From Nemertoderma westbladi (Eukaryota > Animalia > Xenacoelomorpha): 51,112 nt of DNA. The notes beneath the pieces were generated by a model. The model was not told where the DNA came from. It saw only the letters and a list, made by a program, of their open reading frames with translations, and ran no database searches. Below, in pieces: positions 35,049 through 48,500 of this stretch. The translations under genes and the position numbers were made by a program. The stretch's first letter is position 1; each line of letters starts with the position of its first letter. The stretch is taken from positions 1 to 51,112 of the forward strand of contig JAUCBJ010002254.1 in the NCBI GenBank assembly GCA_032718475.1. The letters run 5' to 3'.

Positions 35049-36141
35049 GGTGTCCGGACACTTCCCCCCGGACAATCCTCCCCGGACACCCCCCCCCCCC
35101 CCCCGTTCAAGTAGGACACTTCCCCCGGACAATTGCCCCCCAGTCACTTCCCCCCGGACACTTGCCCCCCAGACACTTCCCCCCGGACACTTCCCCCCCC
35201 AGACACTTCCCCCCCCGGACACTTTCCCCCGGACACTTCCCCCCGGACACTTGTTTTCTAATTCTCTATTTCCAATTTATTGTTTTCTTCAAATTGTCAA
35301 AACAGATGGGGATGACAATTATTGATCCAATTAAAACTATACCTCTCCAGGGGAAAATCGACATGCGTCGACCTGTATTCTGTGTTCATCATTACATATT
35401 GAAAAACTAAATAAATTTCCTGGTTACTTGCAATATTTTTAATAGGATTGTGTTTAATTATATAATATTGTAGTAATTTTTATATTAATTTGGTTAACAT
35501 TCAATGGAGATCCTACTTTAGGCTTAGTCAATTTATTATCTGATGATACAAACATGAATTAATTACTTCAAAATGGTCTTAAAGTCTCTCACCACGCGGG
35601 CACACAGAGAATTGCCGGGGTTTGGGGGCGGCAGCCCCCAACCTAAGAAGCGGGGGTTTGGGAGCGGCAGCCCCCAACCTAAGAAGCGGGGGTTTTGGGA
35701 GCGGCAGCCCCCAATCAAAGAAGCGGGGGTTTGGGGGCGGCAGCCCCCAACCAAAGAAGCGGGGGTTTGGGGGCGGCAGCCCCCAACCTAAGAAGCGGGG
35801 GTTTGGGAGCGGCAGCCTCCAATCAAAGAAGCGGGGGTTTGGGGGCGGCAGCCCCCAACCAAAGAAGCGGGGGTTTGGGGGCGGCAGCCCCCAACCTAAG
35901 AAGCGGGGGTTTGGGAGCGGCAGCCCCCAACCTAAGAAGCGGGGGTTTTGGGGGCGGCAGCCCCCAATAAAAAGAAAAACAAACAAAATTTGACTATAAA
36001 AATGTTCCTTCTATAATTTTACAAAAACTTGTCCTGTAAATCTTTAACTTTTCTTTATTGCTTTGATGCCAGATTAATTTTAACACTTTAACTGGGGGGG
36101 GGGGGGGGGGGGGGTGTGTCCGGGGGACGTGTCCTAGAACC
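35049..36141. mobile_element. Non-autonomous DNA transposon with GG...CC termini, imperfect TIRs and 8-bp TSD
   Basis: Left end GGTGTCCGGACACTTCCCCC; right end (reverse complement) GGTTCTAGGACACGTCCCCC. Flanked by CTCATTAC (35041-35048) and CTCATCAC (36142-36149). Subterminal CCCCCGGACAC repeats are present. Confidence 0.7.
35616..35966. repeat. 36-bp tandem repeat inside the DNA element
   Basis: AAGAAGCGGGGGTTTGGGGGCGGCAGCCCCCAACCT, about 10 copies. Each can form a TTGGGGGC/GCCCCCAA hairpin. Confidence 0.95.
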
Positions 36142-37883
36142 CTCATCACAACAACAATTAAAAATGGCAGTTATTTCATACAGAATCTGCGGCGTTAATT
36201 TATATGCTTTTTAATGTTCCTACCTAACATTAACATGTTCTTCTACTTCTTTACTACTTTATACCTAACAGTTTATATAGACATACATTTGGAAATGTTT
36301 CTACTAGAAAGTTCCATGTTTCATATTCCAAGAGATGCGTGCCAGAACCCACTACAGTGCAACCCACACCCGTGCCGCACAATGTATATAACATTGTACA
36401 GAAGTTTAGTTTACTGGGGAAACAGAATCGACGTAACAAAAATTTCCATATGAAAATTAATAATAAAGAAGTATTAGTAGTAGTAGTAGCTCCCGGAGCG
36501 CTGTATAAATTCAAATCTTTTATAAATCACAAATATAATATAATTTGACAAATTACTGACATATTTACTCCTCGTAAAGACAATGATTGGCATCCCATCA
36601 AAAATATGTAAATATTATATTATGATTCGCCAGTACAGCTTTTACGCATCAACAGCCTTCAAAGCCACCACCTCAAGCTTGCTGAACAATGTTTCCACCA
36701 GCAGTATCAACCAGTACACAACCTTGTGCTGAGACAGCCCGGTGATGGTGAGAATTGTAATCAATTTTCACTACAAAATTTCACTACAATTAACACTACA
36801 AAAATACGTTCCCTCGGGATTCTGATTTAAATTCAATATCATTATTGCCATTATTATCCCCATCCACTTCACTCACTTCAAAACCCCTGCCTTTGCCACC
36901 CAATAATACAACAGCCTTGTCCTTCCCAGTCACCTCTAACCCTGTCCCCATGCCCACCTTGAATCGCCTGGAATTTGTGGGGCTTGCTTAGGGGCGTGGG
37001 TATTTTCCCACAGAGAACAGAGCTTTTGGCCAACCTGCTGCGCTCTAGTGCTTGCGCACTCTGCCAGCTGACTTCTCAGTTCGTCCCAGGACCAACTGCT
37101 TAGCCAGGAGGACAAAATAGCAGTATCTTCCCGGGTTTGACTCCGTCTGTTTACAGTAGTGCTTGCTCACTCTCTCTACACTTAGATGCATTGCGGGGCG
37201 ACCTTTGGTCAAACCTCTGTGTCGTAGGACAAAGTAGCAGCTAACTCTATCTTTGTCCCATTGGTCCCACCCCCATTTGGACACAGATAGTAACCTGGTG
37301 CCATATACCAGTAACACAGTCTCTACTACTCTACTGCCAGGAATGAATTACCTTTCAGATAAGGTGTAATTCCGGGTAATTTCCATTCTCTTGATAATTT
37401 GATTTATTACAGACCATGCCTTATCCTTTGATATTCCAGATCTCCAAACCAAAGATCCTAGTTTACCGAAGTGTTCTACACCACCACCAACAATAAATGA
37501 CTGAACAGCAAACGAATATCATTAGTAAAGTTTAGATATCTTCAAGTGTTCGTGATATGAAGACTTCAATAATTTTCACAGTTAAAGAAATCTTGTTTAA
37601 TTTTGCCAAATGTTTTAACACCTGATATAAATCAGCTAGCGCGGCATATGACCCGTGAGGGAGCCTGAAATATATCGGCTTACTAAATTGGGCTGGTTAT
37701 GTATCATTCGATTGATTTTCGCTATATAATTCCCTAAGATAAATAAAACGATATGTTAGCCAGTTTTCATTAATTATATTATATACAAATGGTTTAATTA
37801 TGTTTATTAGATATTACAGATAAATAAATAATATAATATATATATACAGTAAAAAAGCTCATTTATTATTATTAATATTAAAA

Positions 37884-37918
37884 TACCGAATGCATTTCGC
37901 GTTGGCTCTTCAGCGGTA
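37884..37918 (-). ncRNA. Minimal type I hammerhead ribozyme
   Basis: Minus strand reads TACCG-CTGAAGA-GC-CAAC-GC-GAAA-TGCA-TT-CGGTA. Confidence 0.8.
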
Positions 37919-37946
37919 AAAAGAAGAAGAAGAAAAAAAGAAGTTT

Positions 37947-37981
37947 TACCGCTGAAGAGCCAACGCGAAATGCATTCGGTA
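37947..37981 (+). ncRNA. Minimal type I hammerhead ribozyme (35 nt)
   Basis: TACCG-CTGAAGA-GC-CAAC-GC-GAAA-TGCA-TT-CGGTA: 5-bp stem I, 2-bp stem II, palindromic ATGCAT stem III, predicted cleavage after AUU (37976). Confidence 0.8.
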
Positions 37982-39322
37982 TTTTAATATTAATAATAAT
38001 AAATGAGCTTTTTTACTGTAGATATATATTATATTATTTATTTATCTGTAATATCTAATAAACATAATTAAACCATTTGTATATAATATAATTAATGAAA
38101 ACTGGCTAACATATCGTTTTATTTATCTTATTTCTATCGGATGTCAGCTTAAAGCAAACTACTTCTATATTAATACTAATTCCCTAAGTAATTAGTACTT
38201 AATAGTCCCTAAGTAAGTAATATCTAAGCTCACATACGGGATAGTATTAACAGTTCTGTATCAGATGTTGCGCTCAAGATATCAAACAGGTCTATTTCTT
38301 ATGGTAATTACAACAGATTGTTAACGAGAATCATAGTTTGTCACACCTTTTAGGGGTGTGGTATTATGGAACCGACTGAAATATACTCTGGGACCTGATT
38401 TACTGAGTGGACAATTTTATTTATGAACAAGGAGTTTGGTAGGCTCACGCACGTTGGGGCTATCCAATATCATATATTCTCATGCACACCACTTACTTGA
38501 TTGTGAACTGGGACTGCTAATTTACCGACCACATCTTACCTCTTCCAATATAAATAAAGATAGGTTGCGATATAATGGTAGTTAATATAGCATCATCTCC
38601 ATATCATCACCAAATCAAATGACTATCAAATCTATCAAATACTAACAAATTTAACAAAGACTATCAAATATAATATATAAACAGGTACAGCAGTAACTCA
38701 GTACAATTCAGTGTGTCACGGTGTTTCAGTACTTTGAGGTGATTCGTTACGATTGATTGGTGTCTTACCTGCTTAATCCCTCTCTCACTATCTATTGGCA
38801 ATGGCTTATGGTTAGTAGACCGTTGCCTATATTAGAATGGTTATACACTGCACCAATAAATATGATAAATATGAATACAATAGCTTTAACGTTTAATACA
38901 CAATATGACACAATGAATAGCTTGGGTGGTCATCTGACTTCCAATTTGGTTCCTTTGGCAAGGCTCCCGATTGTAAGTTGACCTTTGGAGATTGGCTTAC
39001 TATCGGGGTGCTAATAGATTTCCCATTTTGGTTATTAACTGCCTTGAGGTGACATATTGGTCTTCTGGTTGATGAAGTGCCTTAGGGATTGCTCCCTTAA
39101 GGGCGCCTAAGGGCGCCTGTAATAACAAATATAAATGTTAAATTTATTTATATATTATTTGTAAAACAATGAAATTGTTTTATACTGTATTCTGTTTGTG
39201 TAGTTAATGTAGATTCGTTATTTTTGTGTTTTACATATCTTTCTGGAACCTTGAATAGTAGAGAATGAATTATATTAGAAGACTCATCGTATGCAACATT
39301 TGATTTCTATAAAAACAAAGCG

Positions 39323-39541
39323 ATGCCCTCTAATAGCCTCAACAAATCCTTCCTTGAGATGTCAATGTATGAATTGATCATCGACTGCTCCAGAGTTGAT
39401 ACCCAACCAGGTCATGGACAGGAAATAGAACATGTGCTTTGGGACGATGCTACCTGGATTCTAACTAGTGCATTCATTATATTCACAATGCAAAGTGGAT
39501 TTGGGTTACTGGAATCTGGATCCGTTTCAACTAAAAATGAG
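39323..39541 (+). CDS. amt: Ammonium transporter (Amt family), first recognisable coding exon; 5' boundary uncertain
   Basis: WDDATWILTSAFIIFTMQSGFGLLESGSVSTKNE, then the donor GAG|GTAAGT (phase 0). Confidence 0.88.
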
Positions 39542-39794
39542 GTAAGTACCGGAACCACAGTAGACATCACCTCACCATGCAACATGGATCTATTTTGTTG
39601 TCATTTATTTTCTATGTAACACTAAGATTTTAAAGAAACAATAATGACACATTCTTAATTTTGATATTTCTAAGTAGGCTCACAGTTGCAACGAATACTG
39701 AGCACAAAATCATTTAAAATCTTTAATTAACATAAATCCTTATACCAACATAAAAAGATAAAGAAGGCAAGGACATACAAACATAAAAATAAAA

Positions 39795-40200
39795 TTCTTT
39801 CAGTCAAAGAGGCCACTGGGGGATGGGCTACCTGTAGCCATGATGGAAGCGGCGTTGAAAAATGAAGATGATCTTCCAGATCCGCTACAGAAGAAACCTG
39901 TGCAGCATTCCTGTACGATGGTGAGGAGATAGATGGGAGACGATCTCTCGGAAGAATATGGAGGTCTCCGGACCGGGGTGGCCGAGTGTCTCAAGAGCCA
40001 CTGGATGGAATATATGGCTGCACTCCATCACCTCGCTGTATGTATCATACTTCCCCCGCTCGGCTCCTTCTGTTGTGCGCCACTGGCGTCCCAAATCATG
40101 GCGCACCATGGCGTCCCAAATGAGTGTTCTATCCTGGGACCACGGTACTAATGATAAGTAGAAATGGGAAAATGGAGGGGAACTCACAGCTAGCCAGTGT
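39795..40200 (-). mobile_element. 3' fragment of a CRE-like (restriction-like endonuclease) non-LTR retrotransposon in an Amt intron
   Basis: SLVPW..RTLIWDA, AE..K..Y, FHPVALETLG..G....F and NAASIM motifs across frames. Confidence 0.75.
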
Positions 40201-40536
40201 CAGTGCCCACCTTACTATGTCGTTCACCATCGCATGGTTTAAATGTTATTTAAGATTCCGATGTTTTTTAAATCTTATTAAGATTTTGTTCTCATTTGAC
40301 ACAACATAATGTTCACTCACTGGTATGGCACTTCTGCACATTACTATAGGTAATTGAGTTCCTGGAATTTAAAATAAATGTTTGCTGAAGTTTCTCAATT
40401 TCTCAAATTTTATTAGAGTGGTTATTGATAACTAATAGACCATATGTGTAGACACATTCTTACCTTGTATCACACATTTATTAACATTTTATCGTGTTTT
40501 ATTTTACTAACAATTTCTTTCATTGTTATATTTCAG

Positions 40537-40689
40537 GCGAACATTATGGTGAAAAATATAGCTGATGTTGTATTTGGAGGGATTTCCTATTGGCTGTTTG
40601 GCTACAATCTCAGCTTTGGCGGAAGTAAGAAAACAACCCCGTTTATTGCCATTGGTGAGGAATTGATAAACACTCCTAATGAAGAAGAT
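40537..40689 (+). CDS. amt: Ammonium transporter exon
   Basis: Acceptor TTTCAG|; ANIMVKNIADVVFGGISYWLFGYNLSFG...PNEED; donor |GTAAGT; phase 0/0. Confidence 0.92.
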
Positions 40690-41742
40690 GTAAGTCAATT
40701 TTAGTTAATTAAATAATTTCTTTCTTAGTTTGGGACAGGTCATGTATAGAAAGAGTGAAATATATTGTAGTTTTGTATGTACATTCTGTTCGCATAATTT
40801 TAAATTTTGTACATGGATTCATACAGACTTAAAAACTAAACCAACTAAACTAAACCATCGGAAATACAATTTTCGAATGCCCCTGTGGCTATGGTTTTGT
40901 TTAATTGTGACCATTTCATACTTCATGGACGATATTAAGTTCTATTTTCCGGAGTTGTTTGAATGAAAAAAAATGAAGAAACATTTTTGTTCGTTATGAT
41001 ACTTTTTTTCCACCTCAATACACTTTATCCTACTTATCCGTTTTATGTACCGATCTCTTTCCGAATTTCTGACTAAGATGGCTTTTTGGGCAGTTTAACA
41101 TAATAATTATGTGTTATATTTTAAATTACATTAACTATTATTTCTACCCACAACTGCCATTGTACTCCTAATTTTAATTATCACACATATTGACGTACTT
41201 GGAGCAGAAAGCAGAAATGTTGTAAACATTTATCAATTTATCTATTAATTGAGTTGAAATTTACATATTTTGTTATTTTAATGAGGTACTAAAATTGAGG
41301 ACAGTTGACACTTGAAATTGACAACCTTGACCAGACAGAATGCCGTGCTGTCATCCGGCCATTATTCCATTCCTGATAAGGTTGAGTCAGTAGGAGCAAT
41401 GCAAGCATTCAAGGTTCTGAAATACAATGGATAAAATCTTGGAAAACAGGAAGCGAGCTCATAATCAGTAATTTATAATTAACAGAAATACAATGCAGCC
41501 GGAATGAAAGTGAATGTCAAGAAAACTGCTTAATTACCATAAGGGAGAAGAAGAGTAGTAGTGCTTATTAAAATATATACATTGTCAATCATGCAATTAG
41601 ATTCAACTTTTAAGTTTTTATAGAAATCCATATGATCTCTGATACGGAATTTAATGTATTTTAACGGATAATTATTTTCTTGTATGTCTAGACCTTGTAT
41701 CACGATCCAAAAATATTAGTAATTTTCAATGGGTCGAATTAC

Positions 41743-42413
41743 TACTAATATCAGCATGCCATTATATATATTACATATATATTAAGAATGCTGTGCCGGC
41801 TTGTTGACAAAATTGCACCGCCACAACTCCCTATCACCCATGACATTTGTTAGATCATCCGCATCTTCAAGGCCAGTGTCCTTTAAGATGCGTCTCAAGA
41901 AAGTCATGGGCTGTCCACCATGCTTATTCACTCCATGAGGTCGCCATGAGATTATGCACTGGCTCGTCCTTACGGCGAAACCAATGTCCTGAAAAGCGGA
42001 GGTAGTTCCATGACCTACTATCGTATACTACTATAGTAGGTCATGGTAGTTCCATTCAAGTGTCAAGCTAAAGGGAGAGTAAGGGAACATCTCCAATGTT
42101 ATATAGTATCTGGTTGGAGATGTGTGCATTGTACTTGACACAATGAACCCGGCGTAGCATTCTTGTGAATGTGCCATCCCGAGATTTGGTGTCCTCAGCA
42201 GTTAGACCACAGCATGGACTCCCAAATAAGAGTACTGGTACTACTGCTGCCATAAATAATTGAATCTTAGGTTTCGTTTTATTCTATAGGACTTCAAAAT
42301 CCTGGACAGACTATTTAATGCTGCCCATGCCTTCCCCTTACGTATCCGAAAGTCTTCACCTGACTTTTGGATCCATGATCCCAAGCAGCAGAACTCATCC
42401 ACGTGTTCAAGGA
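41743..42413 (-). mobile_element. RTE-type LINE, copy 4 (3' fragment) with 15-bp TSD, in an Amt intron
   Basis: Colinear with copy 1 (LTAEDTKS.DGTFTRMLRRVHCVKYNAHISNQ). Decayed tail TACTAATATCAGCATGC. AATGGGTCGAATTAC occurs at 41728-41742 and 42414-42428. Confidence 0.9.
42008..42046. mobile_element. 39-bp palindromic mini-insertion (14-bp TIRs) inside RTE copy 4
   Basis: CCATGACCTACTAT / ATAGTAGGTCATGG, flanked by TAGTT on both sides. Absent from the homologous position in copy 1. Confidence 0.6.
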
Positions 42414-42554
42414 AATGGGTCGAATTACGAATGGGTTCAATTGTCCAGTCGGAAATGTTTGGATCAAAATTATACGCAGGCTACAGTTTATACTTCAAAC
42501 AAAATGTAATTGTATCACCACCTACCAACACCTCTTCTTTGCCATCATGAGTGA

Positions 42555-45500
42555 TAGGCAACATGGGCCTCCTTCCTCAGCACTACAGATGAGACCCCAA
42601 CCCAGTCATATTAGAAACACAGCCTCCATCCTCAGCACCATGGACCCCTACCCTATCTGATCGGCAACACAGTCTCCATCCTCGGCACCATGGACCCAAC
42701 CCTATCCGATTTAGCAACACAGCCTCCTTCCTCTGCACCATGGACCCAACCCTATCCGATCAGCAACACGGCCTCCATCCTCGGCACCATGGACCCAACC
42801 CAATCCAATCATCATCACGGCATCCATCCTCAGCACCATGGACCCCACCCCTATCCAATCAGCAGCATGGCCTCCATCCTCTGCACCATGGACCCCACCC
42901 CTATCCAATCAGCAACATGGCCTCCATCTTTGGCACCATGGACCCAACCCTATCCGATCGGCAACATGGCATCCATCCTCAGCACCATGGACCCCACCCC
43001 TATCCAATCGACAACACGGTCTCCATCCTCGGCACCATGGACCCAACTCTATCCGATCGGCAACACAGCCTCCAACCTCTGCACCATGGACCCAACCCCA
43101 CCTGATCTCCAACACAGCCTCCATCCTCGGCACCATGGACCCAACCCTATCCGATCGGCAACATGGCATCCATCCTCAGCACCATGGACCCCACCCCTAT
43201 CCAATCGACAACACGGTCTCCATCCTCGGCACCATGGACCCAACTCTATCCGATCGGCAACACAGCCTCCAACCTCTGCACCATGTACCCAACCCCAGCT
43301 GATCTCCAACACAGCCTCCATCCTCGGCACCATGGACCCAACCCTATCCGATCAGCAACACGGCCTCCATCCTTGGCACCATGGACCCAACCCCATCCGA
43401 TCAACAACACAACATCCATCCACGGCACCATGGACCCTAACCCTATCCGATCGGCAACACAGCCTCCATCCTCGGCACCATGGACCCAACCCTATCCGAT
43501 CAGCAACACGGCCTCCATCCTTGGCACCATGGACCCAACCCCATCCGATCAACAACACAACATCCATCCACGGCACCATGGACCCCTACCCTATCTGATC
43601 GGCAACACAGTCTCCATCCTCGGCACCATGGACCCAACCCTATCCGATTGGCAACACAGCCTCCATCCTCTGCACCATGGACCCAACCCTATCCGATTTA
43701 GCAACACAGCCTCCTTCCTCTGCACCATGGACCCAACCCTATCCGATCAGCAACACGGCCTCCATCCTCGGCACCATGGACCCAACCCAATCCAATCAAC
43801 ATCACGGCATCCATCCTCAGCACCATGGACCCCACCCCTATCCAATCAGCAGCATGGCCTCCATCCTCTGCACCATGGACCCCACCCCTATCCAATCAGC
43901 AACATGGCCTCCATCTTTGGCACCATTGACCCAACCCTATCCGATCGGCAACATGGCATCCATCCTCAGCACCATGGACCCCACCCCTATCCAATCGACA
44001 ACACGGTCTCCATCCTCGGCACCATGGACCCAACTCTATCCGATCGGCAACACAGCCTCCAACCTCTGCACCATGTACCCAACCCCAGCTGATCTCCAAC
44101 ACAGCCTCCATCCTCGGCACCATGGACCCAACCCTATCCGATCAGCAACACGGCCTCCATCCTTGGCACCTTGGACCCAACCCCATCCGATCAACAACAC
44201 AACATCCATCCACGGCACCATGGACCCTAACCCTATCCGATCGGCAACACAGCCTCCATCCTCGGCACCATGGACCCAACCCTATCCGATCAGCAACACG
44301 GCCTCCATCTTTGGCACCATGGACCCAACCCTATCCGATCGGCAACATGGCATCCATCCTCAGCACCATGGACCCCACCCCTATCCAATCGACAACACGG
44401 TCTCCATCCTCGGCACCATGGACCCAACTCTATCCGATCGGCAACACAGCCTCCAACCTCTGCACCATGGACCCAACCCCACCTGATCTCCAACACAGCC
44501 TCCATCCTCGGCACCATGGACCCAACCCTATCCGATCGGCAACATGGCATCCATCCTCAGCACCATGGACCCCACCCCTATCCAATCGACAACACGGTCT
44601 CCATCCTCGGCACCATGGACCCAACTCTATCCGATCGGCAACACAGCCTCCAACCTCTGCACCATGTACCCAACCCCAGCTGATCTCCAACACAGCCTCC
44701 ATCCTCGGCACCATGGACCCAACCCTATCCGATCAGCAACACGGCCTCCATCCTTGGCACCATGGACCCAACCACATCCGATCAACAACACAACATCCAT
44801 CCACGGCACCATGGACCCTAACCCTATCCGATCGGCAACACAGCCTCCATCCTCGGCACCATGGACCCAACCCTATCCGATCAGCAACACGGCCTCCATC
44901 CTTGGCACCATGGACCCAACCCCATCCGATCAACAACACAACATCCATCCACGGCACCATGGACCCCAACCCTATCCGATCAGCAACACGGCCTCCATCC
45001 TTGGCACCATGGACCCAACCCCATCCGATCAACAACACAACATCCATCCACGGCACCATGGACCCTAACCCTATCCGATCGGCAACACAGCCTCCATCCT
45101 CGGCACCATGGACCCAACCCTATCCGATCAGCAACACGGCCTCCATCCTTGGCACCATGGACCCAACCCCATCCGATCAACAACACAACATCCATCCACG
45201 GCACCATGGACCCCTACCCTATCTGATCGGCAACACAGTCTCCATCCTCGGCACCATGGACCCAACCCTATCCGATTGGCAACACAGCCTCCATCCTCTG
45301 CACCATGGACCCAACCCTATCCGATTTAGCAACACAGCCTCCTTCCTCTGCACCATGGACCCAACCCTATCCGATCAGCAACACGGCCTCCATCCTCGGC
45401 ACCATGGACCCAACCCAATCCAATCAACATCACGGCATCCATCCTCAGCACCATGGACCCCACCCCTATCCAATCAGCAGCATGGCCTCCATCCTCTGCA

Positions 45501-48500
45501 CCATGGACCCCACCCCTATCCAATCAGCAACATGGCCTCCATCTTTGGCACCATTGACCCAACCCTATCCGATCGGCAACATGGCATCCATCCTCAGCAC
45601 CATGGACCCCACCCCTATCCAATCGACAACACGGTCTCCATCCTCGGCACCATGGACCCAACTCTATCCGATCGGCAACACAGCCTCCAACCTCTGCACC
45701 ATGTACCCAACCCCAGCTGATCTCCAACACAGCCTCCATCCTCGGCACCATGGACCCAACCCTATCCGATCAGCAACACGGCCTCCATCCTTGGCACCTT
45801 GGACCCAACCCCATCCGATCAACAACACAACATCCATCCACGGCACCATGGACCCTAACCCTATCCGATCGGCAACACAGCCTCCATCCTCGGCACCATG
45901 GACCCAACCCTATCCGATCAGCAACACGGCCTCCATCTTTGGCACCATGGACCCAACCCTATCCGATCGGCAACATGGCATCCATCCTCAGCACCATGGA
46001 CCCCACCCCTATCCAATCGACAACACGGTCTCCATCCTCGGCACCATGGACCCAACTCTATCCGATCGGCAACACAGCCTCCAACCTCTGCACCATGGAC
46101 CCAACCCCACCTGATCTCCAACACAGCCTCCATCCTCGGCACCATGGACCCAACCCTATCCGATCGGCAACATGGCATCCATCCTCAGCACCATGGACCC
46201 CACCCCTATCCAATCGACAACACGGTCTCCATCCTCGGCACCATGGACCCAACTCTATCCGATCGGCAACACAGCCTCCAACCTCTGCACCATGTACCCA
46301 ACCCCAGCTGATCTCCAACACAGCCTCCATCCTCGGCACCATGGACCCAACCCTATCCGATCAGCAACACGGCCTCCATCCTTGGCACCATGGACCCAAC
46401 CACATCCGATCAACAACACAACATCCATCCACGGCACCATGGACCCTAACCCTATCCGATCGGCAACACAGCCTCCATCCTCGGCACCATGGACCCAACC
46501 CTATCCGATCAGCAACACGGCCTCCATCCTTGGCACCATGGACCCAACCCCATCCGATCAACAACACAACATCCATCCACGGCACCATGGACCCTAACCC
46601 TATCCGATCGGCAACACAGCCTCCATCCTCTGCACCATGGACCCAACCCTATCCGATCGGCAACACAACCTCCATCATTTGCACCATGGACCCAACCCTA
46701 TCTGATCGGCAACACAGCCTCTATCCTCGGCACCATGGACCCAACCCTATCCGATCAGCAACATGGCCTCCATCCTCTGCACCATGGACCCAACCCTATC
46801 CGATCGGCAACACAACCTCCATCATTTGCACCATGGACCCAACCCTATCTGATCGGCAACACAGCCTCTATCCTCGGCACCATGGACCCAACCCTATCCG
46901 ATCAGCAACATGGCCTCCATCCTCGGCACCATGGACCCAACCCTATCCGATCAACATCACGGCATCCATCCTCGGCACCATGGATCCCAACCCTATCCGA
47001 TCGGCAACATGGCCTCCATCCTCGGCACCATGGACCCAACCCTATCCGATCAGCAACACGGCCTCCATCCTTGGCACCATGGATCCAACCCTATCCGATC
47101 AACAACACAACATCCATCCTAGGCACCACGGACCCCAACCCTATCCGATCGGCAACACAGTCTCCATCATCTGCACCATGGACCCAACCCTATCCGATTG
47201 GCAACACAGCCTCCATCCTCTGCACCATGGACCCAACCCTATCCGATCGGCAACACAACCTCCATCATTTGCACCATGGACCCAACCCTATCTGATCGGC
47301 AACACAGCCTCTATCCTCGGCACCATGGACCCAACCCTATCCGATCAGCAACATGGCCTCCATCCTCTGCACCATGGACCCAACCCTATCCGATCGGCAA
47401 CACAACCTCCATCATTTGCACCATGGACCCAACCCTATCTGATCGGCAACACAGCCTCTATCCTCGGCACCATGGACCCAACCCTATCCGATCAGCAACA
47501 TGGCCTCCATCCTCGGCACCATGGACCCAACCCTATCCGATCAACATCACGGCATCCATCCTCGGCACCATGGATCCCAACCCTATCCGATCGGCAACAT
47601 GGCCTCCATCCTCGGCACCATGGACCCAACCCTATCCGATCAGCAACACGGCCTCCATCCTTGGCACCATGGATCCAACCCTATCCGATCAACAACACAA
47701 CATCCATCCTAGGCACCACGGACCCCAACCCTATCCGATCGGCAACACAGTCTCCATCATCTGCACCATGGACCCAACCCTATCCGATTGGCAACACAGC
47801 CTCCATCCTCTGCACCATGGACCCAACCCTATCCGATCGGCAACACAACCTCCATCATTTGCACCATGGACCCAACCCTATCTGATCGGCAACACAGCCT
47901 CTATCCTCGGCACCATGGACCCAACCCTATCCGATCAGCAACATGGCCTCCATCCTCTGCACCATGGACCCAACCCTATCCGATCGGCAACACAACCTCC
48001 ATCATTTGCACCATGGACCCAACCCTATCTGATCGGCAACACAGCCTCTATCCTCGGCACCATGGACCCAACCCTATCCGATCAGCAACATGGCCTCCAT
48101 CCTCGGCACCATGGACCCAACCCTATCCGATCAACATCACGGCATCCATCCTCGGCACCATGGATCCCAACCCTATCCGATCGGCAACATGGCCTCCATC
48201 CTCGGCACCATGGACCCAACCCTATCCGATCAGCAACACGGCCTCCATCCTTGGCACCATGGATCCAACCCTATCCGATCAACAACACAACATCCATCCT
48301 AGGCACCACGGACCCCAACCCTATCCGATCGGCAACACAGTCTCCATCATCTGCACCATGGACCCAACCCTATCCGATCACCAACACGGCCTCCATCCTC
48401 TGCACCATGGACCCAACCCTATCCGATTGGCAACACAGCCTCCATCCTCGGCACCATGGACCCAACCCTATCCGATCAGCAACACGGCCTCCATCCTCGG

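Larger units (their letters stand above)
37739..38176. mobile_element. Penelope-like pseudo-LTR inverted duplication with 12-bp TSD
   Basis: Arms 37735-37921 and 37944-38130 are almost perfectly inverted around a 22-bp purine spacer, with an unpaired extension to 38176. TAATTCCCTAAG occurs at 37727-37738 and 38177-38188. Each arm has a hammerhead. Confidence 0.82.
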
